A stretch of DNA of 63,127 nucleotides, filler included, from Globobulimina sp. (lineage: Eukaryota), in the NCBI GenBank assembly GCA_003354225.1. It is 14 parts of 14 records of this genome, joined end to end, with 100 filler letters (N's around TTAATTAATTAA, not from the genome) between each part and the next. Parts side by side here need not be neighbours in the genome. Positions count along the whole stretch, not along the records: positions 45,183 to 49,595 come from PIVH01001269.1; positions 49,696 to 54,108 come from PIVH01001270.1; positions 54,209 to 58,618 come from PIVH01001271.1; positions 58,719 to 63,127 come from PIVH01001272.1; 10 more parts are not named here. The stretch is one strand, 5' to 3'. Position 1 is the first letter of the stretch; the number at the start of each line of letters is the position of its first letter. The position numbers and the translations under genes are program-made. Under the pieces are notes generated by a model, which was not told the DNA's origin, made no database searches, and worked only from the letters and a program-made list of their open reading frames with translations. Shown here one piece after another: positions 47,001 through 59,810 of the stretch.

Positions 47001-47308
47001 CTTCTTTCCATTATATAATTAAACTAAAAAAAAACAAATTCACCAATTTTGTGTTTTGCGAATTTTACCTCTCTGTTCATAAAATCTTCCACAAACTAGA
47101 CCTGACTGACTATTATTATTACTCTGATACGCATTTATATTTCGACCATATTTGTTATTATAATTAGTACCAAACCTATTCCTAAATTGATGTTTATATT
47201 TTTGATTATAAATCTCCCAAAATCCAACATTCCATTTGTGATATGATACATTTTTGTGCTTTAAATTTAATATTTCAACATTAATACATTGAGCAACGTT
47301 TTTAGTTT

Positions 47309-48961
47309 TTAAAAATAATTGAACAATGGAATCCGTCGTTTTGTTGGAATGATATTCAAATATTTAATATCTTTAATTTTAATACTGGTTAAACTTAAAA
47401 AATCTATAATTTTGTCATTTAATTTGCTATCATTATAATTCAAGCCATCATGCCTTATTTTTAATATTTTGCCAATATCATTGTCGCAGATTACTGTGTG
47501 TTTCCTGGTAATCAATGACTCGAATTCGCGATGATATTGAAGCATTTCCACAAAATAAACGTATTGCTTACCACAAATTAATGCAATATCATCCATTTCT
47601 ATCTCACGATCTGCGCCACAACGAATGCAAATTGGCATTTCTCTCTTATTAATAGCACTTTTAATCAACTTTCCAGCGCAGTCCTCCGTACATTGACAAC
47701 AACAGCCTGATAATAACAACCTCTCTGTGTTTGGGTGCCATAAATCACAAATTGAACAATCAAAATTATTCTTTTTAAATTTTAACAACTTCAGCAATGA
47801 TCTTAATTTATTTATAACTGAATGATTATTAAATATTAACACAAGATCTTTTTCATGTAATTCTTTTCTACAATTTGGTAATGGACACAATGGGATTCGG
47901 TCGCACTGCATTTCCGTTTCAATATAACTTGATCCCATTACACATTCATGACAAAATGTGTGATAACAGTCACTCCAATAAATTATTTTATCATTTGGAT
48001 GATAAATATTACATTTATGACAATATTTTTGTTTGCAAATAACTTTCTGGAAATCTGTGTAAAACATAGTGCCCTTTGACTCACATTTATAACATATCCT
48101 TTTTAAACTTCCAGCTCCATCGCATTGAACGCATTTCTCTTTTATACGTCCATTTCCATTGCATAGCAAGCACGTTGGGTTATATTCGCATATTTTTCCA
48201 GTCCCATTGCAAAGATTGCAATGAACCAAGTCTGTGAGGAAACCATTATGGCAGTTATCCGGACAAAACTCGCCAGAGCCATTGCAATCTGAACATTCGC
48301 CTCTTCCATGCGATGTGGATACAATGCCTTCTCCATCGCAGGAGCGACAAACAGCGAAATAATTCATAAAACAATTACATTTCACCGCAATCTTTTGTTT
48401 ACCATCTCGGCATTCTGGACAAGTGTCAGTGCAGACAAAACACACTGTTGTTAGTGTACCATTTCCGGAGCATTTACTACATTTTTCAACGGAAGAATGG
48501 CAATTATCACATTTCAGTTCTGTGAAGAAAACTAATTTATAAAAATCGTGAATTAATTCTATAATTTCGTTTGGAAAACACAACATATTTTTATTTTCTG
48601 TGTTTTGTCGAATATAGCCACGGACTAAAAATGATTCATTTTTATATTGTTTAGTGTTCGCATACATCATTTTATAGCGTGGGAATAATTTATTATTTGT
48701 GGCTTTGGATAAGCAAATATTAAATGATTTGTTGCAATTTGGGATAATACACTTTGGTGTTTGATTTAACAATGATAGCGATTCATTGATAATTTTGGCT
48801 GCACAGTGAATGCAATAATAATGATTGGTTTCATTATTCACAAAACAATTTGGCGAAACGAATAGCTCACCAAATAAAATGTCTTTGCTGCAATATATAC
48901 ATCTAAATACCTTTGCAATAAAATGTCTTTGATGCAAAATTGTTTTCAGTGGGTAGGCCAT
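47309..48961 (-). CDS. Cys-rich protein: RING-like domains + DnaJ-type CxxCxGxG zinc-finger array + GYIR motif
   Basis: 'CSKCSGNG', 'CRSCDGEG', 'CSDCNGSG', 'CNLCNGTG', 'CLLCNGNG', 'CVQCDGAG'; 'CYHTFCHEC..PLCPLPNC'. Confidence 0.75.
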   Translation of the reverse strand: MAYPLKTILHQRHFIAKVFRCIYCSKDILFGELFVSPNCFVNNETNHYYCIHCAAKIINESLSLLNQTPKCIIPNCNKSFNICLSKATNNKLFPRYKMMYANTKQYKNESFLVRGYIRQNTENKNMLCFPNEIIELIHDFYKLVFFTELKCDNCHSSVEKCSKCSGNGTLTTVCFVCTDTCPECRDGKQKIAVKCNCFMNYFAVCRSCDGEGIVSTSHGRGECSDCNGSGEFCPDNCHNGFLTDLVHCNLCNGTGKICEYNPTCLLCNGNGRIKEKCVQCDGAGSLKRICYKCESKGTMFYTDFQKVICKQKYCHKCNIYHPNDKIIYWSDCYHTFCHECVMGSSYIETEMQCDRIPLCPLPNCRKELHEKDLVLIFNNHSVINKLRSLLKLLKFKKNNFDCSICDLWHPNTERLLLSGCCCQCTEDCAGKLIKSAINKREMPICIRCGADREIEMDDIALICGKQYVYFVEMLQYHREFESLITRKHTVICDNDIGKILKIRHDGLNYNDSKLNDKIIDFLSLTSIKIKDIKYLNIIPTKRRIPLFNYF

Positions 48962-48999
48962 TGTCAAAGCTGAAGTGCAATATGTATAATTAAACAATA

Positions 49000-49595
49000 C
49001 TAGTAATCGAAATTTTGACTTTGGTCAACAGTGACATACACAGTAGCATCGCATTTGGCACTTGTAAAAATACTTACTTTGCACCCAACAGGTGACGTTG
49101 CAACATGTTGAACAAATTGAGGAGTTCCACCATTGGTACCATCAATCTGTAGGGAATAATCCACCCAATGTATTGGTATTGTATTACAATCAAATATTAA
49201 ATCGCCGGTAAAATCAAATGTCCATTCTGTTGCTTGAGTTTGTTTCAACAGTTTTGAAGCTTTCACCCCATTTTGTTTATATCCATTTTCTAACATATTA
49301 TTTCCGACAAACATATTTCTCACACTTTGAAATTTACCATAAGCGGTATCAAGTTGAACAATATATTCCTTCGCCCCTTGCCATGTCGCATATTGATTAT
49401 CAAATACACTGAAACCATTAATAATATTCGAACCAGCACTCGTAACCGGCTGTAAATGAACACAGCCCTCCAAAAAGAATGAATCCTCAACGCTGACCTC
49501 TCGAATCGGCGCAACAATCACTAAATCATTCCAATCCAAATAACAATTTAATATTCGCGTCTGTATCGACTCAACTTTTATACCAGTTCCATTAA
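49000..49595 (-). CDS. QRT3-like polygalacturonase / pectate-lyase-fold protein, C-terminal part
   Basis: 'GTGI..QTRILNCYLD', 'SFFL', 'IVQLD', 'WTFDF..LIF', 'VYVTVDQS' follow the remembered C-terminal pattern of plant QRT3; frame open to the contig end. Confidence 0.65.
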
Positions 49596-49695
49596 NNNNN
49601 NNNNNNNNNNNNNNNNNNNNNNNNNNNNNNNNNNNNNNNTTAATTAATTAANNNNNNNNNNNNNNNNNNNNNNNNNNNNNNNNNNNNNNNNNNNN

Positions 49696-49889
49696 CCTGA
49701 CCTATTTGTTTGTTATATAATAACACGCGAAATTCTTTACACATAACACACATATCATATATACCATGATGGCCGGTAATATGTCACACTCGATGTCGAC
49801 CATATGATATTTGTGCTGTAACTTGCACCCTGAATTAAATATGCTAAATTTAAAATAATGGTACAGAACAAGACAGCAAAATGTGTCAT
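49696..49889 (-). CDS. First exon of a secreted protein (truncated)
   Basis: MTHFAVLFCTIILNLAYLIQG signal peptide followed by a GT...AG intron at the contig end. Confidence 0.4.
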
Positions 49890-50473
49890 TGTTGTTTCAG
49901 AGTGCTTTTGCAGTTGATCATTCCCCCACTCAGTCACAACTATTGAGTTAATTTTAATTTTGGTGACCGGATTTCAACTTTTGGAGTTTATCGTTCATCA
50001 CAATAAATGAGCTCAATAGTTGTTCCTGCAGTGATCTAGTTGTTTTCAGGGTTATTTAAAGAGGAAATTTTAAAACCAATGTTTAAGATATTACCAAACA
50101 TCGAGATAATGTAAGAGCCGTGAACCAGATATTTGAAATCTTAAGCATCTCGTATGTATTTATGGGAAATATTCAGTAAATATCACGTGGTAAATAATAC
50201 TAAATATACAAAAGTGTTTCCTTGAGCTTGACTCATCATGAAATTTCTTTTGATTTAATCATCAACATCGTACGTTCGAATGATTCCAACTGTATAGCTG
50301 TTAGATTTTGGAAGAAAGACCAAGTTTAGAGTCGAAAATCACATTCAAAACAACCATGTGGACAAAGATCAAGAAAAACAGAAAGAAACTGATTGTAGCT
50401 GCATATTATATATTATTTGAAGCAAGATTATGAAATCTATTTTTAACTTTTGCATAATTTTACTGACCTACAG

Positions 50474-53400
50474 TTAAGACAAGAATGTGATAATTTAAAA
50501 CATGAAATAAATGATGGAAATTTCAAAAGAATTGCAAGTTATGTATTTGATCTGTTTCTATCTGATTTCATATCATAATATTAATATCAATATTAATTAG
50601 CATAAATCATTGTATTGGGTACCAAATGACACTGAAGGATGGTTCATCGGAACAAAAGTACATATTGGCGGAAATGAGTCAATTTACAAAGACATACTTT
50701 CAAACAAAGAGTACAAAATAGCAACAAAACTAGCATTAAACTTAAGTGAACTGATAATACCATCAGATAATAAAATAGATTTACAATGTAAAGATTTGTT
50801 AACATTGCAAGATATGAGTGAAGGCTCCGTATTTATTGTAATTAAAACCAGATATTTTAATGAAAATATTTATACAATGATCGGTGATGTATTGATATCA
50901 ATAAATCCATTTAAAAATGTTGAAAACAGATATGACATAAATGATTATTTAGAATACAAAAAGCAAATAAATGCGTCTGTACAACCTCATTGTTGGTCAT
51001 TAGCAGCAAAATCATTTCATAATTTAAACAAACATAACAAGGATCAATCAATTATAATTTGTGGCGAATCTGGCAGTGGAAAGACAGAAACATGCAAATT
51101 AATCTTATCCTTTCTATGTACAGTAACTAAATCAAATAAAAATATCTCACAGCACTTATTAAACACAAATCCTATTTTAGAATCATTGGGAAATGCAAAA
51201 ACATCCCGAAATAATAACTCCAGTCGTTTCGGTAAATACATTCAAATTTATTTTAATAAAAAAAACAAAAATAAAATAGAAATCAATGGCGCGCAGATTC
51301 GACATTACTTATTAGAAAAATCAAGAGTTGTTCACCAACCAATTGGCGATCGGAATTATCACATCTTTTATTTGTTCGTCAATGGTGCGGATAAGCACAT
51401 TTTGAGTGGCTTTGATATTGCTGATAATGTCGAAAAATATTATTATACAAAAATGAGTAAAACCTATGTTGTGGATGGCATTGACGATAAAAAAGAATGG
51501 GAGACATTTTGTACAGCACTGAAACAAAATGGATTTACCCAAAACTTCCAACAATTTTTATTTAGAGTATTTGCCGGAATTTTGCATTTAGGAAATATTA
51601 ATTTCACAAAGCAAGCAACTGATCATGTTGAGTACTTTTGTTTTTTTAAGAGTAAGAAAGCTATTTTTATCTTTGTGCTTTTTTTCAGGATGATCGCGGT
51701 GTAAACATTGAAAATAAAGACACATTGGATATCATTGCAAAGATATTGGAAGTCAGTGTGAAGAAATTGAAGCAGGCACTTTGTGTGAAATCAATTGCGA
51801 TTCGAGGCCAATTGACAGTAATTCCATGGGACATTGATGGAGCACAGAATGCGAGGGATAATATTGCAAAGTCGTTATACTCGCAAATGTTTGATATGGT
51901 TTTAAAGAAAATAAATAAACATTTATCCAATTCTAATGACAACAGACATGAAACATTGGTATCTTTTGGTGTGTTGGATATATTTGGATTTGAATCGTTT
52001 GATATTAATTATTTTGAACAGTTGTGTATAAATTATACAAATGAGAAATTGCAATTGCATTTTAGTAGTTATATATTTAAAATGGAAACACATTCAATAA
52101 ATAAATATGGGATCAATATGAAAGATATTAAATTATCAAATAATGAAACCTGCATCGAATTGATTGAAAGAAATAAAATGGGAATATTTTCATCGTTGGA
52201 GGAAGAGATGAAACTGCCAAAAGGTACTGATTTTAGCTGGTTGAAGAAAATGGAAAAACACATCCTTAAAAAGGAAAAACATCCAAATTATGCTGTTAAG
52301 TGTTATATTAATTTTTTGTTCTATTTAAAACAAACAAAATATATAAAAACACATAGAAACATAAACCAAATGAAACTTTTGGAATAATTCATTATGCGGA
52401 ACAAGTTAATTATGATATTAATGGATTTATGGAGAAAAATAATGACACAGTACAGGAATATTTGTCATTCATTTTGAGAAACAGCAAAAATAAATACATT
52501 GCTAAATGTTTTCCGAAATCACGCGTGGATAAAAAAACAGTGCAGTCAATCAATAAAAAAAGATTGTTATCAAAATTTAAAGAATCAATGACAAAGTTAA
52601 TGCGCGATCTCAATAAAACAGAGTCATATTTTATACGGTGTATCAAACCAAATGATGAAAAGAAATCAAATCTATTCACTTCTTCCAAAGTATTGAATCA
52701 ACTTAGAAATTGTGGCATTTTTGAATGGATAGAATTAAGACAAAATACATTTCCTTTTCGAATGGAACATAATGCATTTTTTGATAGATATGGTCGTGTT
52801 TTAGGAGCAAAATTGTTTTACAAATTGAAAAATGATAAAAATGCAAGCAGAGAAACGAAAATCAAAGCAATTCTAAAAAGAATGAAGAAACAGTTTAAAC
52901 CTTCAGAGTTGCAAATATCTACTACCAATCGAGTGTTTTTTACAACAAACGTGCATCAAAAACTATTTTGCGAAGCGAGTAAACCAGCGATTATCATTCA
53001 GTGTGCTGTCCGATGCTGGATTGCAAGGAAAGTATTAAAGAGGTTAAAAGATGCAAAATATGAACGTGAAGAGTTTAAAAGACATGAAAATGAAAGAAAG
53101 CCAGAAGAGAAACATGAAACGAATGAACTGAATGAACTGGAACCAAAACAAGAAAATAAAAATGAAGAGAACGAAATAATTAATTTTGAACTGGAAAATA
53201 AAGCGGTTGAAATAAATCATATTGAATTGAAAAATAAAGAGAAATTGGAGCAATATAGATGCAAATTGGAAAGTGAGTTGCAAATGAAAATAGAAATTGA
53301 AAACAAGAAATTTGAAATCCGCCATTCCACACAACGCAAAAATTTGGAAGAATATGCGAGTGAATTACAAGCAGAGTGTAAGCATTTGTTAGACGGAGCG

Positions 53401-53874
53401 TACAGTAAAGAAGAAGATAAATTGCATGAAGAGATTTCAAATGAACTGATAGAGCTACAACAGAAGAAACAAAAATTAATAAATAAGTGTTTACTGCTTC
53501 AACAACGATTGTCGAAATTAAATAAAATTGAAAGAAAAAACGATGCGGAATTAGAGAAATTGAAGATTTATAAAGAGATGATTGAGATGGATGATATTAA
53601 TGATATGGGAGATGGGAAAAAAGATTTGTCAGATGATATATTTGTGGTTGGTTCGTTTGGCAAAGTGATTGGATTCGGAGATAGTATTTATACGCATTTT
53701 GATGAAACAGGAAGATATATTCAACGATTAAGGGCTGGGACCCCCATACAATTAATAAATCATAATATTGAAATGAATGGCCATAATCCCGGATTAATGA
53801 TACAAATTAAATATTCTGCTATAAAGGCATGGATTGCTTTACGTAACACTTCCTTTTCAACATATAAAATATAA
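50474..53874 (+). CDS. Unconventional myosin: motor, one IQ, coiled coil, small C-terminal beta domain; introns ~51627-51689 and ~52295-52356 plus upstream exons
   Basis: 'GESGSGKTE', 'NPILESLGNAKT', 'NNNSSRFGK', 'YLLEKSRV', 'LDIFGFE', 'EQLCINYTNEKLQ', 'HYA', 'FIRCIKPN', IQ 'IQCAVRCWIARK'; true start uncertain. Confidence 0.95.
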
Positions 53875-54374
53875 TTTAATTTGTATTTTTTGTGTTTGCT
53901 CACAGCAATCATTCGCTCTTTTTGACTCTTGCATGCAATCGGACTTAAGTCCGATCACTACAATGAAAATTAGCTCAATAGTTGTGTCTGCAGTGATAGA
54001 TAACCACAATAAATTAGCTCGGACAATAGTGATGTTTGTAATGGAGTTGTGGTGAAAAAACAGTATGTACTCAACAAGAACAAAAAAACTAAGCAAACGT
54101 TATGTTAANNNNNNNNNNNNNNNNNNNNNNNNNNNNNNNNNNNNNNNNNNNNTTAATTAATTAANNNNNNNNNNNNNNNNNNNNNNNNNNNNNNNNNNNN
54201 NNNNNNNNGTTCCAAAGGGACAAGAATCACTTTTTAGAACGCTTGCAGCTAAAGCCCTTCGGTAGTAAACAGAAAAGTTTTTTCAAATGTTTAACCTCCG
54301 AACTTAAATGGCAGTAGTCTAATGTTACCTTTAACAATTTATTATTAACCTATTTTCCTTCCGTTTTTTGTCGA

Positions 54375-55767
54375 ATGATGGCAACTGTTGCAAAATCAAA
54401 ACATGAGAGCAAATACGATGTGTTGATGGTGAGTTTTCTGTATTCATTAAGCGATATCTATAAAAGCCATCATCATTTGTATAACATTATTCCCGATGTA
54501 ATCATACATTTAATATACACATATGCGCAATGTGAGCATATGCTAAGCGGCTTAATCTCAAGATGCATAAATCCGGACCATGATGACAACCATATTCGAC
54601 AAACAAAATATCTGTATGGCGCATTGAGTTTAACCAACATCAAAAGCATTCAAGATAACAAATGTATATTGACATTATCCAACCCAAATACTGCAATCTT
54701 ATACATGTCATTAATGGATATTTATTCCCGTGGTCTTGCTCGATATGTGAATGTTGCAGCTATTCTCACACAAAAGTCCATCTTCCTCGTATCTGCACAT
54801 CGCTTCTCAATTTGGAATGAGCTCATATATAGGTACTGTTTTCTATGATATATGTCAGATATTGATCGAAAATGTACTGTACAGATCAAAAATGGATGAA
54901 ATTGTTCCAGAACTTGATGCGAAAATTGACGCAGAGACAGCAACGGAAATAGTCGCTAACTTAGCCATGGTATATACAGACTCGTTGGATGAATTAACAA
55001 ATGGTAATATTATGCCATATTTTATGGATAAAACAAAGAGGAATATTTTGTTGGACATACTATTCAATAAAAATGATATTACTTCGTTGCCGCTGTTGTT
55101 TGGGCTGCCAGACATTCCAATTTATTTGAATCAGAATGAAATGCGCATGCCATTAATTGTACAGTTATATTCCGCAAACATTAAGCCTCTGAACCGTATT
55201 CGTATAGTTATTAAAAATAAATATATATCACGGCCCCAGCAAATAAAGGAGAAATTAATTAACTTTATCAATGAGTTTCAAAATAATGATATTCAATTAA
55301 TTCAAATAATGATTGATGAGGAAAGTCAACAAACAGGATACGAGTTGAAAGGAAGGCATACAGTGCAATCTTTTTATTTTGCGCTGCATTTGTTGAATAA
55401 GATGAAGACAGAATTTTGTGATGAACACAACATAAAACATACGGATGTAAGCATAAAACCGTTGTTTGAACAACAACAAGAATATCAGTATAAGTGCAAA
55501 GTAATAGATTTGCAACAGATGAAAATTATAAATCGTATTGAATCTTATTGTTTTACCCTGGAAAATGATGATGATACCGTAAAATGTGAAGTACATTCAT
55601 CGCATAACTGGGAAATGTGGAGCACAAAATTAGCTCAACTTTTATATTTCTATACGTATTTAAATGAGAAAAGCTCGAAATGGAATTGGGCTGACCATAT
55701 AACCGAAGAAACGGAAGAAGTGACCAGAAACAAACAACCGCGCCAATGTCATTGTGTTTTATTGTAA
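54375..55767 (+). CDS. Hypothetical protein with divergent IPxxII motif and C-terminal CaaX (CHCVLL); intron 54833-54884
   Basis: GTACTG...GTACAG 52-nt intron joins the two overlapping ORFs in frame (YR-SKMDE). Confidence 0.6.
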
Positions 55768-55874
55768 TTTCTTTGATTGATTTCTTAGTGTTTTGAAAAA
55801 AAAAATTGTAATTAATCATCTGTACAGCACTATAATTATATAAAATAAGTCATGTCATCAATGCAAAAGAAAAG

Positions 55875-58618
55875 TTAGTAAGCGACTGATTGGATTTTGC
55901 CAACCAATACAGGTTTATGTTGATGAATAACCACAAAGCTGCCAAGGCATTGACAGTCTGCAAATGTCGTAGCAATAATCCCATCCTTCATTGTCAACAC
56001 AACTTGTCCTTCTTCCTTATCTCCTAAAAATTCAGCATCAGTTATCTTACTTAGCTGACAAACACTTTTATGCGAACGGATACAAATCTCCCCTTCAAAG
56101 CTACCGCCATATATCTTATCGTCGCACCATGCTACAACCGATGCAGTGATACTTTTGCATGGCTTAATACTTAAATTATTATCCTTATCACTCAAATACA
56201 ACACATCACCGCGCAATATATCCAATGCATCGCCCCCTTCCACAGTAATCGACACATAATCTCCGCGCACCGCACCCTCCATCGCCTGCCCATTCCGCTC
56301 CATTGCCACAACAGACAACACCTCGTCAGTCGATGCTAATATTACTTCATCCGCTTTACTCACTGTTCCCTGCTCAACCTTCCCGCTCACAATATATTGG
56401 ATACTGTCCTCATCCGTCGCAGCTACGGTTACACCGCTAACTGGAAACACAAACGGCTTATCTGCCTTTCTATGCGTTTCTGCCGTGATGTGTTTAATAG
56501 CATCCACCACCGTCCTCCCTTTGTACCATAACAACTTATCATTGGCGGAAACCGCACATATATTATCACCATGTTTGCAATCGACTGGAATAAAGGCGAT
56601 TTTGTCCGATGTAATACCAATTTCATTCATCATTTCGCCAGTTTTAGCTCGTGCTTTGTCATATTTCTCCTGCGAATAAGCAATCAAATCCATGTACGAT
56701 ACGCAACAAATATAGCGTTCAATGCCGTATATATGCGTGATACGAAGGAATTGTCGCAATTCTTGCAACGATGTATCAAATGCGTCGCCTTGCGCAGATA
56801 TCAAAATAATAGCAATGTCACTGACAGATATACCAGCAATGGTATTGCAAATATGTGCCGCAGCACCGGAGGTATCCATATATGCACAAACCATGCTTGT
56901 GCCGTCATACTCATTCATGTCTTTCTGTTCTTGCGTATCATCGTCAAATGGCACCACGTCCACATACACTTTCTCTTTGACTCTATTACTGTCCGTTTGT
57001 ATGTATTTCTCTTCCTCCGCCTCCTGTTTCTGGTCATGAGCCGGTGGCAATTGCTGCTCAAATAAGTGATTAAATAACGACGTTTTGCCAGATGATGGAG
57101 CACCGATTAATACTGCACTGGAATAGAGCATGTCGGTGGTATCGGTATAGTCATTGTCAGTGTCTTCATCCATTGTGTCCGCATTGAAAAGCCATCGAGT
57201 ACTAAATGGTGCATTGGCGTCATCATCGTCAGATCTGTAGGAAGAGACCGTCAATGATTCGACATCTACATCATCAGAACCACTGTTTTTAGCCTGTTGA
57301 TGTCTTCGCGGTGTGGTTTTGTCAGCGTAATCCGCAGCAATCGGCGTGTTTGCAATGGGCAATTTGTCATCGACAGCGGGCAAATCTACAGCTGACTCAA
57401 TGGCAATGGAGAGGGCTGATGGCTGTGTTTGTTGTGTTTGTTTTGGCTCAGAAACAGGTTTTTGTGGTTGTTCTGTTTCTTGCATTTGTTTATATTCTTC
57501 AACTGGTTGTTCATTTGCTGTTGGTTGTGGTGGCTCGTTGTTATTATTAATTGTTGCTTCTTTTTGTTCCTCTTTGATAGCAATTGGTTGCTGTTGTGGT
57601 GGTTGCTCATTTTTATTGTCATCAATTGCGATTTCATTTTGTTGCTCTGAATGTTGTATTTCTTGTTTACTTGTATTATTTTGTTGGTTTTCTACTTTTT
57701 CATCGTTTTCTTTGTTGGATTCCTTCGATTTTTGTTGCTTTTCCTCTTCCGCAGTGGTCGCTATCTCTTGTTTACTGGCATCATTTTGTTCCTCTTTGAT
57801 AACAATTGGTTGTTGTTCATTTTTATTGTCATCAATTGCTATTTCATTTTGTTGCTCTTCCATTACAATTGGTTGTTGCTGTGGTGGTGACTGTGGTTGA
57901 TCTGAATGTTGTGTTTCTTGTTTATTTGCATTATTTTGTAGGTTTTCTACTTTGTCATCATTTTCTTTGTCAGATTCTTTTGGGTTTTCTACTTTTTGTT
58001 GCTCTTTTTCTTCTTCCTCTTTCGCAGGGATCTCTGTCTCTTGTTCACTTGCATCATTTTCTTGATTTTCTACTTTTTCATCGTTTTCTTTGTTTGATTC
58101 CTTTGGTTTTACATCTTTTTGTTGCTCTTTTTCTTCCTGTTCCATTACAATGGGTTGATCTGAATGTAGATTTTCTACTTTTTCATCATTTTCCTTCGGT
58201 TTTTGTTGCTGTTCTTCTTCCTCTTCCACAGTGGTGGCTATCTCTTGTTTACTGGCATCATTTTGTTCCTCTTCCATTACAATTGGTTGTTGCTGTGGTG
58301 GTGACTGTGGTTGATCTGAATGTTGTATTTCTTGCTTACTTGCATTATTTTGTTGATTTTCTACTTTGTCATCATTTTCTTTGTTTGAGTTTACATCTTT
58401 TTGCTGCTCTTTTTCTTCTTCCTCTATCTGTTGTTTATTTGCATCATTTGGTTCCTCTTCCATTTCCATTGCAATTGCTTGTTCTGAATGTTGTGTTTCT
58501 TGTTTACTTGCATTATTTTCTTGGTTTTCTACTTTGTCATCGTTTTCTTTGTTCGACTCCTTTGGATTTACATCTTTTCCCTCTTCCTCTTTCACAATGG
58601 ACTATGTCTCTTGCTCAA
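55875..58618 (-). CDS. Divergent EF1A/eRF3/HBS1-like GTPase with a long E/Q/N/K-rich repetitive N-terminus (5'-truncated)
   Basis: G1 'GAPSSGKTS', G3 'DTSG', 'SDIAIILISA', G4 'SYMD', 'FIPVDCKHGDNI', 'DKPFVFPV', 'VSGKVEQG', 'RGDV', 'LGSF'. Confidence 0.8.
57520..58600 (-). repeat. Coding mosaic tandem repeats
   Basis: Recurrent blocks KESNKENDD/EKVENQ, QHSDQPQSPPQQQPIVMEE, EQQNEIAIDDNKNEQ. Confidence 0.85.
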
Positions 58619-58718
58619 NNNNNNNNNNNNNNNNNNNNNNNNNNNNNNNNNNNNNNNNNNNNTTAATTAATTAANNNNNNNNNNNNNNNNNNNNNNNNNN
58701 NNNNNNNNNNNNNNNNNN

Positions 58719-59707
58719 ATAAACAATGTAATATTAAAATTGATTTTTTTATTGCTGAAAAATTACATGATTTCATTCAAAAAACACCAAAACATTATTA
58801 TGTAATGCATCAAATATCGGAATCGTTGACATCATTTGCTGAAAAAGTAATAATAAAATGGAATGTAAAAAAAAAACTCAAAATAAATATAATGAAAAGT
58901 AGAGTATCATTTTATAATAATTTAAAGGAAAGATATGATGTTGAAACCAAAGAAATGTCTTTTTATTTCGAAAAAAATTCATTAACGCCAGAATTTTTGG
59001 CAGAATTTGTCAAAACAAAATATATTGAAAATGACATACACATCGATTGTAAAAAATCATTCCCTTTCGATGAAGAAACAATGACAAAATTTGAAGAATG
59101 TGGCAAGAAATTAATTAATATGGCATTAACTGGAAAATTAAAAAAGGAATCTTTTGATATTACGTCAACTGGAACAAATTGGGGAAAAATTAAAATGTGG
59201 TTTGGTCCACGTTATTTATGGAATCAGGAACATTTGAAAAACAAAGCAGCGTTTAATTATAATTTTGGCATTCGAACAAACGGACATTCACTTGAATTTG
59301 TGTCAGAATTAAAAGAATTAATAGCATTGGCCGAGAAATATGCAAAAGTGGATAATGGATTTATTAACGGTGTAGCATTTAATTGCTATAACAGTTTTCA
59401 TGGACTTGGTAATCACCGAGATGATCCTGACCGGTTTAAACCACCAATAATTTTAGTTACTATTTGGAATGATGGTCGGTTGACATTTGGTGCCAAGGCC
59501 TGGTCAACAAATGATGCTGAAATGTACACAAACCTGGAACGAGGATCATTGGCAACAATGGGAAAGGAAACTCAAGAGAGGATAACACATTGTGTGAGAA
59601 GGATGGATATCCCAAAATATCGTGGAGTGTTTATATTCAGACATATTTGGGAGAATTTGATTGAAACAGCAGATAATTTCAAACCTACAAAAGACATACC
59701 ATATTGA
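58719..59707 (+). CDS. AlkB-family 2OG-Fe(II) dioxygenase (5'-truncated; frame open to contig start)
   Basis: 'FNCY', 'GLGNHRD' (HxD), 'LERGSLATM', 'THCV' (distal His), 'RGVFIFR' (RxxxxxR). Confidence 0.85.
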
Positions 59708-59810
59708 TTCATAGCTGTTATTCGGCAAATTCATAATATGTTTCAGTTGTAACTAAAGTCTAAGTTTTTTTGCGTTGTTTCTAAAACTCAAAGTTTTCTT
59801 ACACAAAATC

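Noticed and set aside
54751-54884. Apparent frameshift between ORFs 54375 and 54751
   Set aside because: Explained by a 52-nt GT-AG intron
57311-58674. Several hydrophobic plus-strand ORFs
   Set aside because: Antisense shadows of the E/Q/K/N repeats of the EF1A-like gene
4423-58718. Regularly spaced TTAATTAATTAA palindromes and ORFs ending in X..LIN
   Set aside because: Artificial linkers between concatenated contigs; adjacency across them has no biological meaning
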